Source of the DNA: Salpingoeca rosetta
Taxonomy: Eukaryota; Protista; Choanoflagellata
Direction of reading: 5' to 3'
Assembly: GCA_033442325.1 (NCBI GenBank)
Contig: JAWQFM010000001.1
Location: 820,853-863,389 of the forward strand
DNA: 42,537 nt
Part shown: positions 12,125 through 27,831 of the stretch, one piece after another
How positions within the stretch are numbered: the first letter of the stretch is position 1
How the letters are laid out: every line of letters starts with the position of its first letter
Notes under the pieces: generated by a model
What the model saw: the letters and a program-made list of their open reading frames with translations, nothing else
The model's database searches: none
What the model was told of the DNA's origin: nothing
Made by a program: the position numbers and the translations under genes

Positions 12125-14104
12125 CAGACACAGACACAGACAGACACATGCGCGCACAGGGCAGCGACCTGCATCCGAGGCGGTGTGATCGATCCAGTCA
12201 TCAAACTTCTTGTTGAAGCGGAGGCCGGGTGAGTCGAGGATGACAAGGTCGTTGCGCAGCACTTCGCACGCGGACGTCGGCCAGTACAGGTCAAGCTGAG
12301 CAGAGGGACACGAGAAGGGGGAGCAGTGGTGGTGGTGTTGGGGTCAGAAGGAGACACACAGAGAGAAACGGTGGGCGCAAGGAGGGGCAGAAGCGTACAG
12401 CAGAAGACGGACAAACAAGACGGACGCAGACGCAAACGCGCACGCAGACGCAGACACAGACACAGACACAGACAGACAGACAGACAGACACACACACACA
12501 CACACAGATGTGCTGCTGCGCCACACTCACCGGATCGCTGATGTCTGCGTCGTCTTCGTCGTCGTCGCCCTCGTGCATATCCGAGAGCGCGTTTGCCAGC
12601 TCCTGCAGCTCGGGCAGTTCGTACTGCTTCCCTGTTGATGCGTCAACCAGCCGCGCTGTCGCCTCGCGCGTGGGGTGCAGGCTGCCCAGGGTGGATGGGT
12701 GAGTGAGTGAGTGAGTGAGTGAGTGAGTGAGTGAGTACGTGAGTGAGTGAGTGAGTGAGTGAGTGCGTGAGTGAGTGAGTGAGTGAGGGCGCTGGGGGTG
12801 CAGTCCAGTCATTGCGTTAGGTAGAAAGGTACGAACTTGATGAAGCGGTTTGTCGTCTGTCCAAACCCAGATGGAAGCACCTGTCAAAAGACACCACAAG
12901 ACAGTGAGGAATTCTGGAGTGAGCGCCAGCAGCACAGCAGGGCACCTTGTGCAACGACGCACGCCTGCTAACAATAGCATGGCACACCATACAGACTCAC
13001 ACAGACACACGCATACACAGACACACAGACACACGCACACACAGACACACACAATACACACAGACACACACACACGACACACACACACACACACGACACA
13101 CACACACACACAATACACACACACTTTTCAACCAACCCTGGAGCGCAGAACGGCGTTGATGGAGGTGCTCTTGCCAGCGCTGGTGAGACCGACAAAGACA
13201 ACCTTCATCGCGTCGCGTGCGACGGCCTGGTCCAGGTCTTGCGCTTTCTGCAGCGCCCCCGCCACCTGCGTCTTGAGCGAGTCTGCGTCGTGCTGGTTCT
13301 CGGGCACAATCCACTCTTGCAGACCGCGTTGCATTTGAGCAAGCACGTTCCTGGTCAGGGAGTGAGGGGGAGGGTGAAGGCGAATGGGAACAGCGTGAGC
13401 ATGCGAGCAAGCATGACGAGCACAAAGGCATGTGTGTTTGTAGGCGGGTCTACGGCTGCGTGTGCTCGTGGTTGAGGCTCTCTGTGCACGTTAACAGGGC
13501 TGCAAGTGGGCTTGCGCCTGAGAGCAGCAGGTCACAGCCCGAGCATACACCTGGTGACATACTTGATGTTGTCAAACGCGGAGCGAATGTCGGCCTTGGC
13601 TTGCGCGAAGCGCTGCACCACGCGAGCACATTCATCAATCATGTGAGCATTCAAGGCTTGGTGAAACGGGCAACCAAGAGCAAGAGCAAGAACAGCAGAT
13701 CCGCTGCTGCACCGTCATCTTGCGCCACAGCCATCACAAGCACCGCCACACGCACCACGCACATCAGCAGGGACATCAGCGCGGCCATCACATCACAAGC
13801 ACCATCGCCATCAAGTCATCACCATCACCATCAGCATCACCATCACCACTCGCATCGCGACACCTCGCCGCGCAATCCCCAGCAAGCCATTGGCACACCA
13901 AGGAGACCCTTCCAGTGCGCTTACCTCCAACCCATCCTTGGCCTTGGACGGCGAGTCTGTGATGAGGGCGGCTGGGGGTTCATCGCTGAGCGAGCGCATT
14001 GGCCCCTTCTCAGCCGTGTTGGAGTGGCCGTTCATGGACAGCGGCGTTTGTGCAGATTGGGAGCCCACAGCCTGCGGTTGCTCCCCTTGTCTGTTGTTGC
14101 TCAT
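7513..14104 (-). CDS. MFN: Mitofusin (Fzo/MFN dynamin-like GTPase), multi-exon; N-terminus uncertain (alternative start ~13642)
   Basis: Exons encode QRFAQAKADIRSAFDNI (~13600), G1 MKVVFVGLTSAGKSTSINAVL (~13150-13210), VLPSGFGQTTNRF (~12845-12880), LRNDLVILDSPG...DDWIDHTASDA (G3, ~12170-12260), DVFVLVVNGE, KPNVFVLFNRWE (G4, ~11745-11790), FEEEFA..AIDTRF, DLAFHFSWGW (~9250-9280), YAYEYMSFTTAAK (~8055-8095), ERLFRQQFAAHAQEKLK (~7885-7935) and a C-terminal coiled coil ending KDKYFQE* (stop 7513-7515). These motifs are collinear with animal MFN1/2. Confidence 0.9.
8558..8653. repeat. (CAA)n/(TTG)n microsatellite in a mitofusin intron
   Basis: Uninterrupted caa run; it gives rise to the spurious poly-Q/C/V ORFs. 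Confidence 0.9.
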
Positions 14105-14315
14105 CAGACTGGAGCGGGTCGTCAGCTCTCTTCGTCTCGTGTTGCAGCACTACCTCGCCCTCAACCGGCAACGTGGCAAGCAAGTGGCAAAGCGCTACAC
14201 AGGGGATGGAGGGCAATGACACACACAGGGTGCAAGCAGCAGCAATGGTGCGGAGATGATGGTGGCAGCAGGCAAGAAGTTGATCCACGGCTTACAACAC
14301 CATAAAGTGCACAAC

Positions 14316-14445
<130 letters not shown>

Positions 14446-14670
14446 GCAGCAGGACGCTCGCTACGTGATGTCGCGCACGCGAAAACCACCTCTCCCTAAC
14501 TACCTCTCCTGCCCATTCAACCAACGTCAAACATGTATTGTGGTTTCCAGCGATAACAGGAACGACATACGGACACACACGCACGCACAAAAAAGAAGAC
14601 ACTGCTGTTTGCCAACAGACACAAAACATTGCCACAATGCGGCCATGAAGAAGCAAAGCAACGGCCCTGG

Positions 14671-16334
14671 TCAGACAATCTCGTAGCTGGCGGGGGCAAA
14701 GGAGACCTCTGAGGAGAAGGTTGTGTCGCCGCCGCCAATGACCTCGACCGAGTTGATCTGCAGCCCTGCATACAGCTTCGACGACGCAAAGTCAACCTGA
14801 ACAGGGAAGAAGTCGTCCGTATCGCCACCATTTGTCCTGCGCAGCGTGGTGCGTGGTGTTGACATGCAATGTGGCGTGAGCACCACACAACGTCGAATAC
14901 CACCCACAATCCATCCACGGGCAACGACAGCAGAGCAGTTGGCAGCGAGCGCCACTTACGTAAACTCGATGGAGCCCTCCGGGTTCTCAGAGTCGACAAC
15001 AGGTATTCTCCACAGCAGTACACCATTGCGGCTGTGTCAAGGGTGTTGCGGATGCGCGCACATTGGTGAGGGTGAAGGTGAAAGAGAAGAAAAACAACCA
15101 GGCAACCAAACAACCAAACAACCAAACAATCAGGCAACGAAGCAACCAAACGCACCCACCCACCCACACACACACACACACACCCAGAGCAAACGCCAAC
15201 GCGCTCCCGCGGCACAGTCACCTGTCGTGGTCGTATGCGCCGTCTGCGCGGGCGACGACGGGGGCACCAGAGTGGGCCGGGAGCGGCACGGTGATGGTCA
15301 CGTCCTGCAGCTGCAGGTCGTCTGCAAGCAGCTCATAGTCAATGTTCACATCGCACGACCCGTCCGCGTTCGGGTTTGGCCAGCAGTTGACTGGGGCGTA
15401 GAAGGGGGTGAGTGGGAAGGGTGGGTGAGCGAGGCAAATCAAGATGGCGCGTGGTGAGGTTCATGCGTGTCATGTGATGATACTCCATGAGCTTGGCACC
15501 GCAACCCCAAACCACCACACTCGATGCGCGCACGTAAGCCAGTGCAGCTTACTAGAGAGCGGGATGTGTGCGTCGTCCGTGGTCTGGAAACGCCATTTGA
15601 GGACGCCGACGCCCGTGCCAACAGGGAACCCGCGCTCTTTGTCCTTCAGCCCAATCACCCCGCTGCCCCCAAATGTGCGCTTGTCAATGTTCGGATGCGT
15701 CTGGTGTTGTCGGCGGGATGAGGGGCAGCGGTGGTGAGGGGCGGCGCGTGTGCAAATGTATGTACACACACACATGTGAGTGCGTGTATGTGTGTGTATG
15801 TGTGAGTGTATGTGTGAGTGAGTGAGTGTGTATTTGTGTGCGTTCGTGGCTTGGCGAGTGAGATTTAAGCAGTCGTGCACAAGCGACACCATCCCAATGT
15901 TACGGCGCACCTGGTAGGGGATGGACTTTGGTCCCTTATCGCAGTTGATGCGGATACGCGTCACCTCCGGGTCTGACACAAACACGGTCAACGTGCCCTT
16001 CACCTGCATTGGCGGTGTTGCAGCAGGAAGAGGAAGAGGAGGAAGGGGAGGAAGAAGCAAAAAGAAGAGACACAGCGTGAGACTTGTACGAGCACGACAA
16101 CATCAGCACGAGCAAACATGCGCCAGCCGGCGTGTTGCGGAGCCGCACCTCCATGTGTTCGAGGCCGCCGTCCCTGTTGGCTTCAAGCGTAATCTTCTCA
16201 TCTGCCGCCAAGTGCACGCTGTCACCACCAGTCACAAGCACAAATCTGCGGTCAGCAAAAGCAAAACAAACATCATCCAACACACGGACACACGCACGCA
16301 CGCACACACAGACACACACACGAACACGCGCATG

Positions 16335-16365
<31 letters not shown>

Positions 16366-16820
16366 ACACACACGAACACGCGCATGCACACACACACGCA
16401 CACACACCAACCTCTCTCTGTTTGGTGTGGCAACAGGGGCAGCGGCTTGCGTCTTGGACTGAAGGGTGATGGAGACATGGCCAAACAAACGCAGTACCAA
16501 TAGAACCGCAAGAATGAGTTACACAATATGCGACAGCACACAATCAAGGTTGACAACGTTGAATCGAGCAGCAAAGCACGCAATGGGTGCACACCACAGC
16601 GGCAGCAAGCATGTGTGCACGTGTGTATACCGGTGCGATGATGTCTGCAGTGTCTGGTGCGACCTCCTCTCCCTCCTGGATGAGCGCATCAACAAAGTCC
16701 TTGCCCTTGGACTTGCCGCCAAGCTTCATGCCACGGCCGGGCCTGTACACAACGTCAAGGTGTGGTGCCGAGCACACAGACACCGAGTCAGCACGCAGGC
16801 AACACAAGGTGGGTAGATCA

Positions 16821-16852
<32 letters not shown>

Positions 16853-17100
16853 GAGCACACGGAGGGCGCACTTTTTCGCGGGGGCGGAGCGCTGTGTTGG
16901 GGTTGATGGTGCGGCGACTGACGGGGCAACAGGGGCGACATCCTGCTGCGGCATAAACGAGGCAGAGCCCATGCCTGACATGCCGGTGGAGCCAAACCCG
17001 CGGCCCCGCTCCCGCTCCTTCTGCAGCGCCTTTGCCTTGCGCTTCATAATGTCCTTCGCCTCGCGCTCTTTCGCCTGCACACACACGCGATCGTGTGTGC

Positions 17101-17193
<93 letters not shown>

Positions 17194-18587
17194 TGTGTGT
17201 GTGTGAGAGTGTGTGTGCATATGTAGATGTTTGTGTGCGTGCCAGCATAATTTCAAGGGTGCCACCGTGCAAGGCACAGCGCGTGCATACGAAGCAGCAG
17301 CAGCAGCAGCACCTTTTGGCGCATCTTGAAGATTTGCTCATCGTGCGACTCCATCTCCGTGTACGTGCGGATGCGATACAGATCCACGTTTTCTCTGCAC
17401 ACGCAGTCGGCCATGGGCGAGAAAACGGTTGGCATTGCACGAAACAGACGCTCCAATGTCAGTGTGGTTGAGGGTGAGGGTGAGGATGCGTGCGGCCAGG
17501 TAGGCGCATGAAGCAAGCCACGCACCTGTAGCCGAGGGCGATGATCTCGTCAAAGGCAAAGATGAGCTCAAAGGCATGGGCGGCGACATCCCTCTCCGTG
17601 AAGGAGCGGCAGTACTCTGGTACCTGTGTTGCCATGAGCCAATCGAGTGACAATGAGAACATGGCAGGAGCAAGACATGGTGGTGGTGGTGGTGGTCATG
17701 AGCTGATGAAAAGAGCGTATTGATGCGGTCCACATTCACACCAAGAAAAGACGTACATGTGGCACGACAGCGTGCAGCCACCACTCGTAACAACTGACCA
17801 CTTTGGCAAAGAGGCGCAGCGTCTCCAGATCCTCCAGGATGTTGCTGTTCTTTGTGGTGATGAGCACCATGTAGAGCTGTTCCATCGGCTGGTACACGTA
17901 CCGCACCGTGTCTGCACACAAAGCATGTGTGTGTGTGGGTGAGAGAGAGTGTGTGTGTTTGTTTGTCGGTTTAATTGTTTGTTTGTTTGTTTGTTTGTTT
18001 GTTTGTTTGTGTCTTTGCTTGTTGAGTCTTTGTTTGTGCACATGTGTGTGTGTGTGTGTGTGTGTGACACGGCACCCGCTTGCCCTCGTGGTCGTGGCAA
18101 CATTGACATCAGTGCAAGGAGTGCATTGCGGCGCACCGGTCTCGATGAAGGTGTGCTGGTCATCGGAGTTCATGAGCTTGGGGAAGGCTGCCAACAGACC
18201 CTCGACGCGGGACCTTGACATCTCCATGAACTGACGGGACACAACCACTGCAAGGGAAAGCACCAGCAAGCAAGCGCACATCCACACATGCACATGCCAC
18301 AGGTCAGTTGTGAGCTGCACTGGTGACGACGACGGACACTCGCCCTGCAAAACCCAGCTTTGCACAATCGCACGAACATGCATGTTCGCACCTTTGCCTG
18401 CCTTTGTGCAGACTGCGGCAGAGAGAAGCACCTGCGAGACACACAAACGGCAGGCAACCATTGGACAAGAATGTGTCAGCTTCAACAAGCGTCACAACCA
18501 CAGAGCAGGCGAGCGAGCAACAGAGCACACACCAACGCAAACAAGCGTTGCATGTCTGTGATGATGCACCTGTTGAAAACGCACCAT
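14671..18587 (-). CDS. ARCN1: Coatomer subunit delta (delta-COP, archain), multi-exon
   Basis: ATG|gtgcgt at 18587-18585. Exons encode VLLSAAVCTKAGK, VVSRQFMEMSRSRVEGLLAAFPKLMNSDDQHTFIET, VRYVYQPMEQLYMVLITTKNSNILEDLETLRLFAK, AFELIFAFDEIIALGY, YTEMESHDE, GMKLGGKSK, EKITLEANRDGGLEHME, THPNIDK, GVLKWRFQ, VNCWP..DGSCDVNIDYEL and DFFPVQVDF..YEIV* (stop 14671-14673). Confidence 0.96.
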
Positions 18588-19008
18588 TGTGTCGTGTGTG
18601 TGTGTTTGTGTGTTTGTGTGGAGAGAAAACGGGAGAGCGCGCGCGTGTGGCCTTTGCTTTTTTGCTTCTGGTGGTCACCAGCCAGCTCGCCAGCCAGACA
18701 GATCAGCTCAGTCTCTGTGCTCGTTGCTTCCTCAGCGTTGCTCTCTTGCTCTTGGCTGGTCTCGTCGTCGTCGTTGTGTATGCGCTGTTGGCTGTTTGTC
18801 GGTTCAGTCTTCTCCTGCCTGAGTTGCACTTTTCTTTATTTTGAAATGCAATTTTGGCTGAGATGGCCACACTTTATTGTAGAATTTATTCTCGTTCAAC
18901 TTGTTTTTCCCACAACCACCAACCAGCCGACAGCACAAGAGTAGTTTAGTCGCGTCTGTTTTGGTTGTTTGGGTGGTTTGCTGGATGCACCACACTCCAC
19001 ACACACCC

Positions 19009-19092
19009 TGCCACACACCCTGCCACACACGCTGCCACACACGCTGCCACACACGCTGCCACACACGCTGCCACACACGCTGCCACACACAC
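19009..19092. repeat. 12-bp tandem repeat (tgccacacacgc), ~7 copies, in the divergent intergenic region
   Basis: Directly visible; one further copy at ~19141. Confidence 0.85.
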
Positions 19093-19192
19093 TCCACACA
19101 CACTCCACACACAGAGTACACACACACTCTCCACACACCCTGCCACACACGCACACACACACACACAGACACACTGCACACCATCACCAACC

Positions 19193-19586
19193 ATGTCCTT
19201 TCCAAAGGTGAGGGCGTTGCATGATTACACGGGCCGGAGCGAGATGGAGCTGTCGTTTAAGAAAGGCGACGTGATCACCGTGCTGGAGATTCGCGATGGC
19301 GACTGGTGGGAGGGTGAGCTGGACGGCAAGGAAGGGTTTGTGCCAGCAAGATATGTGGAGCACGCACCAACATGGTTCTATCCGGCATCCGCAGAGGACG
19401 GCGGCCACGGCAAGGCAAACAGCGCAGATGCAGGGGGTGACAGCGACACCGACCATGACGACAGCGAGGATGAGGAGCGGGACGCGCCGCCCCCGCCGCC
19501 ACCGGCACCAGCCGGAACTGCCGATTCGCGACGACAGATGCCAACGCCCATGCGACACCTTCCACCCGACAGGCCCAACCTCGCCA

Positions 19587-19626
<40 letters not shown>

Positions 19627-20350
19627 ATGTTTCTGTGTGTGTGTGTGTGTGTTTCTGTGTGTGTATTTCCCTGTGTGTGCATAAATGCGTGTATTTCTGT
19701 GTACTGGATACCAGTCTCATCGTTGCTGCTGCTGCGACCGTCTTGCTTTACAGGCCGTGATGATGCATCACACGAAACACAAGCACGACGTGAGCACCTC
19801 ACACAAGGCTGGCTTGCACGAGTTCCAGCGTGCCGTGTCCAATGTCAGGAACAAGAAGGTACGTGCATGTGCGTGCATGTGCGTGCGTGTGTGTTCGTTT
19901 GGGTTGCATTTTCTGTGTTTGGTTGGCGTCGTACATGCGCACAAACGCGCAAGCCTCTAACTTCCATCCACCACCACCACCTCCTCCTCCTCCTCTGCAC
20001 CAGCCCCAAACCACTCCAAGCGAGTCTGAGCTCGCGGCTGTGCTTCGCCGTCGCAACGAAGCCACCACCCTTGCACAGGTACATGTACACGTTCGCACGT
20101 AGATTTGTGCGCATGTGTGTTCTGTGCGTGTGCGTGTGTGCGCGTACATTGTTTGTACCTGTCCCCCACCCCATGTTGTTGAGCGCATACTTTTGTGTTT
20201 GTGACCTTCACCCCGTCTCTCCTCCAACGCCATCCACTCCAACGCCATCCTTCTCACCCCTCGCTCCGTTTGCAGATGGAGGAAGCGGAAAAGGAGCGCA
20301 TGCCAGAATTGCAACGCCGCTTTTCCCAGCGGTTTCGAGACCAATCATAG
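19193..20350 (+). CDS. SH3-domain protein with a FAM107/DUF1151-like C-terminal region (~216 aa, 4 exons)
   Basis: Exons 19193-19588, 19754-19858, 20004-20078 and 20276-20350, all phase 0 with GT-AG. SH3: VRALHDYTGRSEMELSFKKGDVITVL..DGDWWEGELDGKEGFVPARYV. It is followed by an acidic/poly-Pro linker and a helical tail. Confidence 0.88.
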
Positions 20351-20608
20351 CACATGTACACACCTGTTGCGCGCCCTTTCTCGCTCGCTTGCCTGTTTCC
20401 CTGTGTTGTAAAATCACGTGTCACGCCCATCACACTTGTTTGTTTGTGTTGCATGGCGAGTTTGCCGCTTCTTGTCCACACGTGCCCATGATCACTGCTC
20501 TGTCCATAGCCACTCCCTTGTCTTGCTTCGTTTACCGCCTTTGTAGGTGTACGTGTGTACGTGTGTTGTCTGTGCTGTGTGTTGTGCGAGGCTGCGTGTG
20601 CCTTGCCG

Positions 20609-20646
<38 letters not shown>

Positions 20647-20925
20647 GCCGAAGGCGAATTGACTGACCACTAAATGATATCGACCAGCATCATGGCCGCT
20701 GACGTTCCAAATTTGTGTTTGATGTGAGACGACACGAGACATAGAAAAGGCACAAGTACACAACACAAAGCGACACGGCGCGGTCAGCTTGGAAGCGAGG
20801 GGCGGCCAACCACCGCCACCGCCGTGCACCATCAACAACAGCAACAACACGGCTTCTCAACCCCCACGTCTTCGACCACCACCACCATCACCACCGCTAC
20901 AGCACCACCTTTACCACGGTCGGCA

Positions 20926-22021
20926 TCACGGCATGCGGAGGGCGCCGTCAATGCGAATGGTCTCGCCGTTGATGAGCGGGTTGTTGATGATGTGCTCCAC
21001 CAGCATCGCGTACTCTGGCGGCGACCCCAGCCGCTGTGGGAACGGCACCTGCGAGCCAAGCTCGTTGCACACCTTCTCGCCAAGGCCGGCAAGCAGCTCC
21101 GTCTTGAAGAGGCCCGGCGCCACGGTGACGACGCGGATCTGGGAGCGGGCGAGGTCGCGGGCCATTGGCAGTGTCATGCCGACGATGGCGCCCTTTGACG
21201 CGGCGTAGGCAACCTGGCCAACCTGGCCCTCGTACGCAGCGATGCTCGCAGTGTTGATCACCACGCCGCGCGTCGCATCCGGCTCGTGCACCTGCACGCA
21301 ATGGGCGTGAGTGAGCGCGCGTGTGTGTGTGCAGTGAGTGAGTGAGTGTGTGTGTGTGTGTGTGCAGTGAGTGAGTGTGTGCAGTGAGTGAGTGAGTGAG
21401 TGTGTGTGTGTGCGCAGTGAGTGAGTGTGTGTGTGTGCAGTGAGTGAGTGAGTGTGTGTGTGTGTGTGCGCAGTGAGTGAGTGAATGAGTGCAGTGAGTG
21501 TGCAGTGAGTGAGTGAGTGAGCGAGCGAAACAGTGTGACAGTCTGCGAGTGAGTGCAATTCGTAAGTGCAATGTTAATGCGAGCAAAATCATCACAACAC
21601 TGTGAAGCGTTGGGGATACCTCGTTCTCCATCATTTGGGCAATGGCAAGGCGGTTCACGTTGAAGGTGCCTGCAAGCAAGCAAGTGTCGTAAAGAGTAGA
21701 CATGAACATGAGCAACATTGCAGCGCACGGGCGAAACTTAGCAAACAAACACACAAAAGCAGCATATCACCGCTGTACACCCAGTCGCTTGCCCGCTGTC
21801 ATTGACTGACTGACTGACTGACTGACTGACTGACTGACTGACTGACTGACTGACCGATGGTGTTGATGCGCAGAGTCTTCTCAAACGCCTCGAGTGGATG
21901 AGGCCCTTTCTTCGGGTGCCATGTCTTGATGGCAGGCGCAACTCCTGCACAAGATGGTGTTTGGGTATTGTTTGTGTGAGCGGTACTTGACCGAAAGGAC
22001 ACGTGACTGCCACGGGTTTCA

Positions 22022-22083
<62 letters not shown>

Positions 22084-22592
22084 TGCGACGCACCGGCGCA
22101 GTTGATGACGGCGTTGACAGGTGCACCAAACTCCTTCTTGGCAGCCTCAAGCAGCGAGAGGACCTGTTCGCCGTCAAAACGGGGAGTTAGTTGTTGAGCG
22201 AGACAAAGGCTGTCATGTGTGTGAGTGTGCGAATGTGTGCATGTGCATGTGCATGTGCACATGTTGTTTGCCGCAGCAGATACAGACAATACACACATAC
22301 ACACACCTGCTCCTCGGAGGTGACGTCTGTGGGCTGGAAGATGCAGTTGCTACCAAGCTTCTCACGCGCAGCACCGCCGACTTCAGCAGACACGTCCGCA
22401 ATGGCAACCTAAGAGGAAACGGGCGGGGGAAACGGGCGGGGGAAACGGGCAAAGTATGTGTTGGAGCTCCAAGAACACACACACGCACTCTTGAACCCTC
22501 TGCAAAGCACCATTGAACATGCTTGACACACATACATAACACACACACACAAACACACACACAGATACACTAACAGAAACGCACACATACAC

Positions 22593-22643
<51 letters not shown>

Positions 22644-22755
22644 GTCGTGCATGCAAACGCACCTTGGCGCCTGCACCGACGAGGCGGGAGGCCGCAGCAA
22701 AGCCCAGGCCCCTGGCACCACCAGTGATGATGGCTCGCACAGCAGAGGTGTTCAT
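20926..22755 (-). CDS. HSD17B10: 3-hydroxyacyl-CoA dehydrogenase type-2 / 17-beta-HSD10 (short-chain dehydrogenase)
   Basis: [11 protein letters not shown] (NAD-binding), [67 protein letters not shown] (YxxxK), [15 protein letters not shown] and [15 protein letters not shown]. Splice sites are canonical. Confidence 0.96.
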
Positions 22756-22882
22756 TGTGGGTTGAGGTGTGAGTGGCAGTGGCGGTGGTGGTGAAAACAG
22801 GCAGCGACAGCAAAAAAGAAATGCAGCCACAAACCAGCCAACCAACTTCCCACCTCCCTTTCGTTTTGTTGTGTTGATTGAC
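22756..22882. promoter_or_regulatory. Putative bidirectional promoter between HSD17B10 and the ELL-like gene
   Basis: Only 127 bp separate two divergent predicted ATGs (22755 on -, 22883 on +). Confidence 0.5.
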
Positions 22883-25494
<2,612 letters not shown>

Positions 25495-25948
25495 CGGAAA
25501 CGGAAAGACGTCATCAAATCAGAAACAAGAAGAAGACAACACACGAACCCTAACTTAAGCAGCGATGAAAGACTACAAGCCAAGTTGCGCGCGCACATTC
25601 CTTACACACGACTGCAAGCGGCGCACATGTTTTTGTGTGTGTGTGTAAGTGTGTGTGTGCATGGCTAACTCCTCTCTCAATAAACGAGACTACATAACCA
25701 AATGAAGGGCCACAAATCGCTAGGTTGGAAGGTTTACTGTTCTTGGGCTTGTTGAACACGAAACACATTGATGTGAATGCAACACATTTCATCCCAAACA
25801 CGCACGCTGCTCACACACATCCGCACATCCGCACCCACACATCCAATACATCACACCCACACATCCACATCCACACACATGCACGTAACACACATCAGCA
25901 CAACGTCACGTCTCCACCACCACCACCACCATCCGGTTGGCGTGGCGC

Positions 25949-26906
25949 CTAGATGAGCTTCTTCTTCTGAAAGTAGCGGCGCAGGTACCACACCTGCACG
26001 CAGCGGCCACATCCGTACCAATGACGTGGTGGTGGTGGTCGTGTAGTGTGGTGTAGGGGAATGCGATGGTGCGTGTGAGCGTTGTCTCGCATGAAGGAGC
26101 ACGGTGCAGAAAGGCTCACTGATCGTTGTGAACGGATATGCACACAGACACAGGCACAGACACGCATAGACACAGACACACATAGACACAGACACACGCA
26201 CACATACATTCACACAGCAAGCACATGTGCATGCGACGGACCTGCCAGACGCCAAAGACGACGAGGCAGCCGATGGAGATGAGGCTGAAGGTCAGCATAC
26301 GCTCGGCGGTCAGCTCTGGTTTGTCATAGGGGCGGAAGGTGGGGTGAAGTGAGGACGGGAAGCGAGCAAAGCAGATGGAGAAAGAACAAGTGTGCGCGTG
26401 TGCGTGCGTGTGTGTGTGCTACCACAGAAACAGACAGACAGATACACACAGACACAGACACAGGCACAGGCACAGACAGATGGACATACACGCATACAGA
26501 TACAAACCCACACACCGTTTGTGTCGCGGTGCTGCCTCTCGCGGTCCTTCATGATGGCAAAGGAGCGAACAATGGCCGAGCTCATGTCCTCCAGCCGCTT
26601 CAGGTTCGCCTCAATCGGCTGCAGCTTCTCTGCTTTGGCAAGCTGCGCACAGTTGGCGGGGGTGGTGGGAGACGAGGAATGAGAACCGAGCAGGGCAGTG
26701 GGGTGTCTTTGGACATTGCACCACTGAGCATCCACACACACCGCAGACAGACAGATAGCCACGCACAGACAGACAGACAGACAGACCGAGACACACACAC
26801 ACCTCCTCGTAACTGCGAGCCTCCATGCCAATCTTCACGTTCAGGCTAATGTCCACGGTGCTGTCGGCACGGTGCTCTGTAGACGTCACACAAAACGTAA
26901 ACATGG

Positions 26907-26976
<70 letters not shown>

Positions 26977-27325
26977 TACGCAAATCACGCACGAATTGTG
27001 AGCAGCAGCAAAGGGGTGATTGAGTGGTTCACGTCTCGCATGTGACCTGGCACGCGACTGCCCGATTTTGGATGTTGCGTGGGAAACGTACTGTCGTCAA
27101 GATAGGACTTGAAGCAAATCTCAAAGACGTCGTAGTCATCCGATGTGAAGGCAAACTTCCCCTTCTGTGCATCCTCCTTTCTGTACACGGGGTGACCTCG
27201 CGAATCCGTAATCTGTGGCGAGACGCATCAAGTATGTGAGTGAGTGAGTGAGTGAGTGAGTGAGTGAGTGAGTGAGTGTGAGTGAGTGAGTGTGAGTGAG
27301 TGAGTGAGTGTGAGTGAGTGTGTGT

Positions 27326-27370
<45 letters not shown>

Positions 27371-27831
27371 GCTGCGTGTTCAGGGCCAAGAAAGTGAAAG
27401 GCGCTGTACTCACGCACACCTCAAACAGCGTACCCCAAGACAAGAATTGCACCCAAACGCACACATTTACACTCGCACACACGCTATTTACACTCACACT
27501 GACACAACTCACTCACCCCACCTCCTCTTGTCCCACCACACACACAGACACACAAGACACACACAGCCACACACAGACACACACCGTTTCGCTTGTTCTC
27601 CCCCCCCCCCATGTTTCGTACCTCGAGGTTGATTTGCAGGGCTGGTGATTTGCTAACCTCATACTCCCCCACAACCAGCACATCTTTGTCCACGTCCTCT
27701 TGCAAACACTTGCGCGTGTTTGCGCCGAGTGTGAACGAGATGGCTGTTGAGTATTGTGTCAAACACAACAACACAACCACCGCACTCGCCACAACGTGGC
27801 GGAAACAGCTCTTGCTCTCCATCGCCTGCAT
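25949..27831 (-). CDS. TMED10: p24 family delta protein (TMED10/TMP21/Erv25)
   Basis: Signal peptide, GOLD domain ([29 protein letters not shown]; [34 protein letters not shown]), coiled coil ([30 protein letters not shown]), TM segment and tail [16 protein letters not shown]. Start is 27831 or 27822. Confidence 0.96.
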
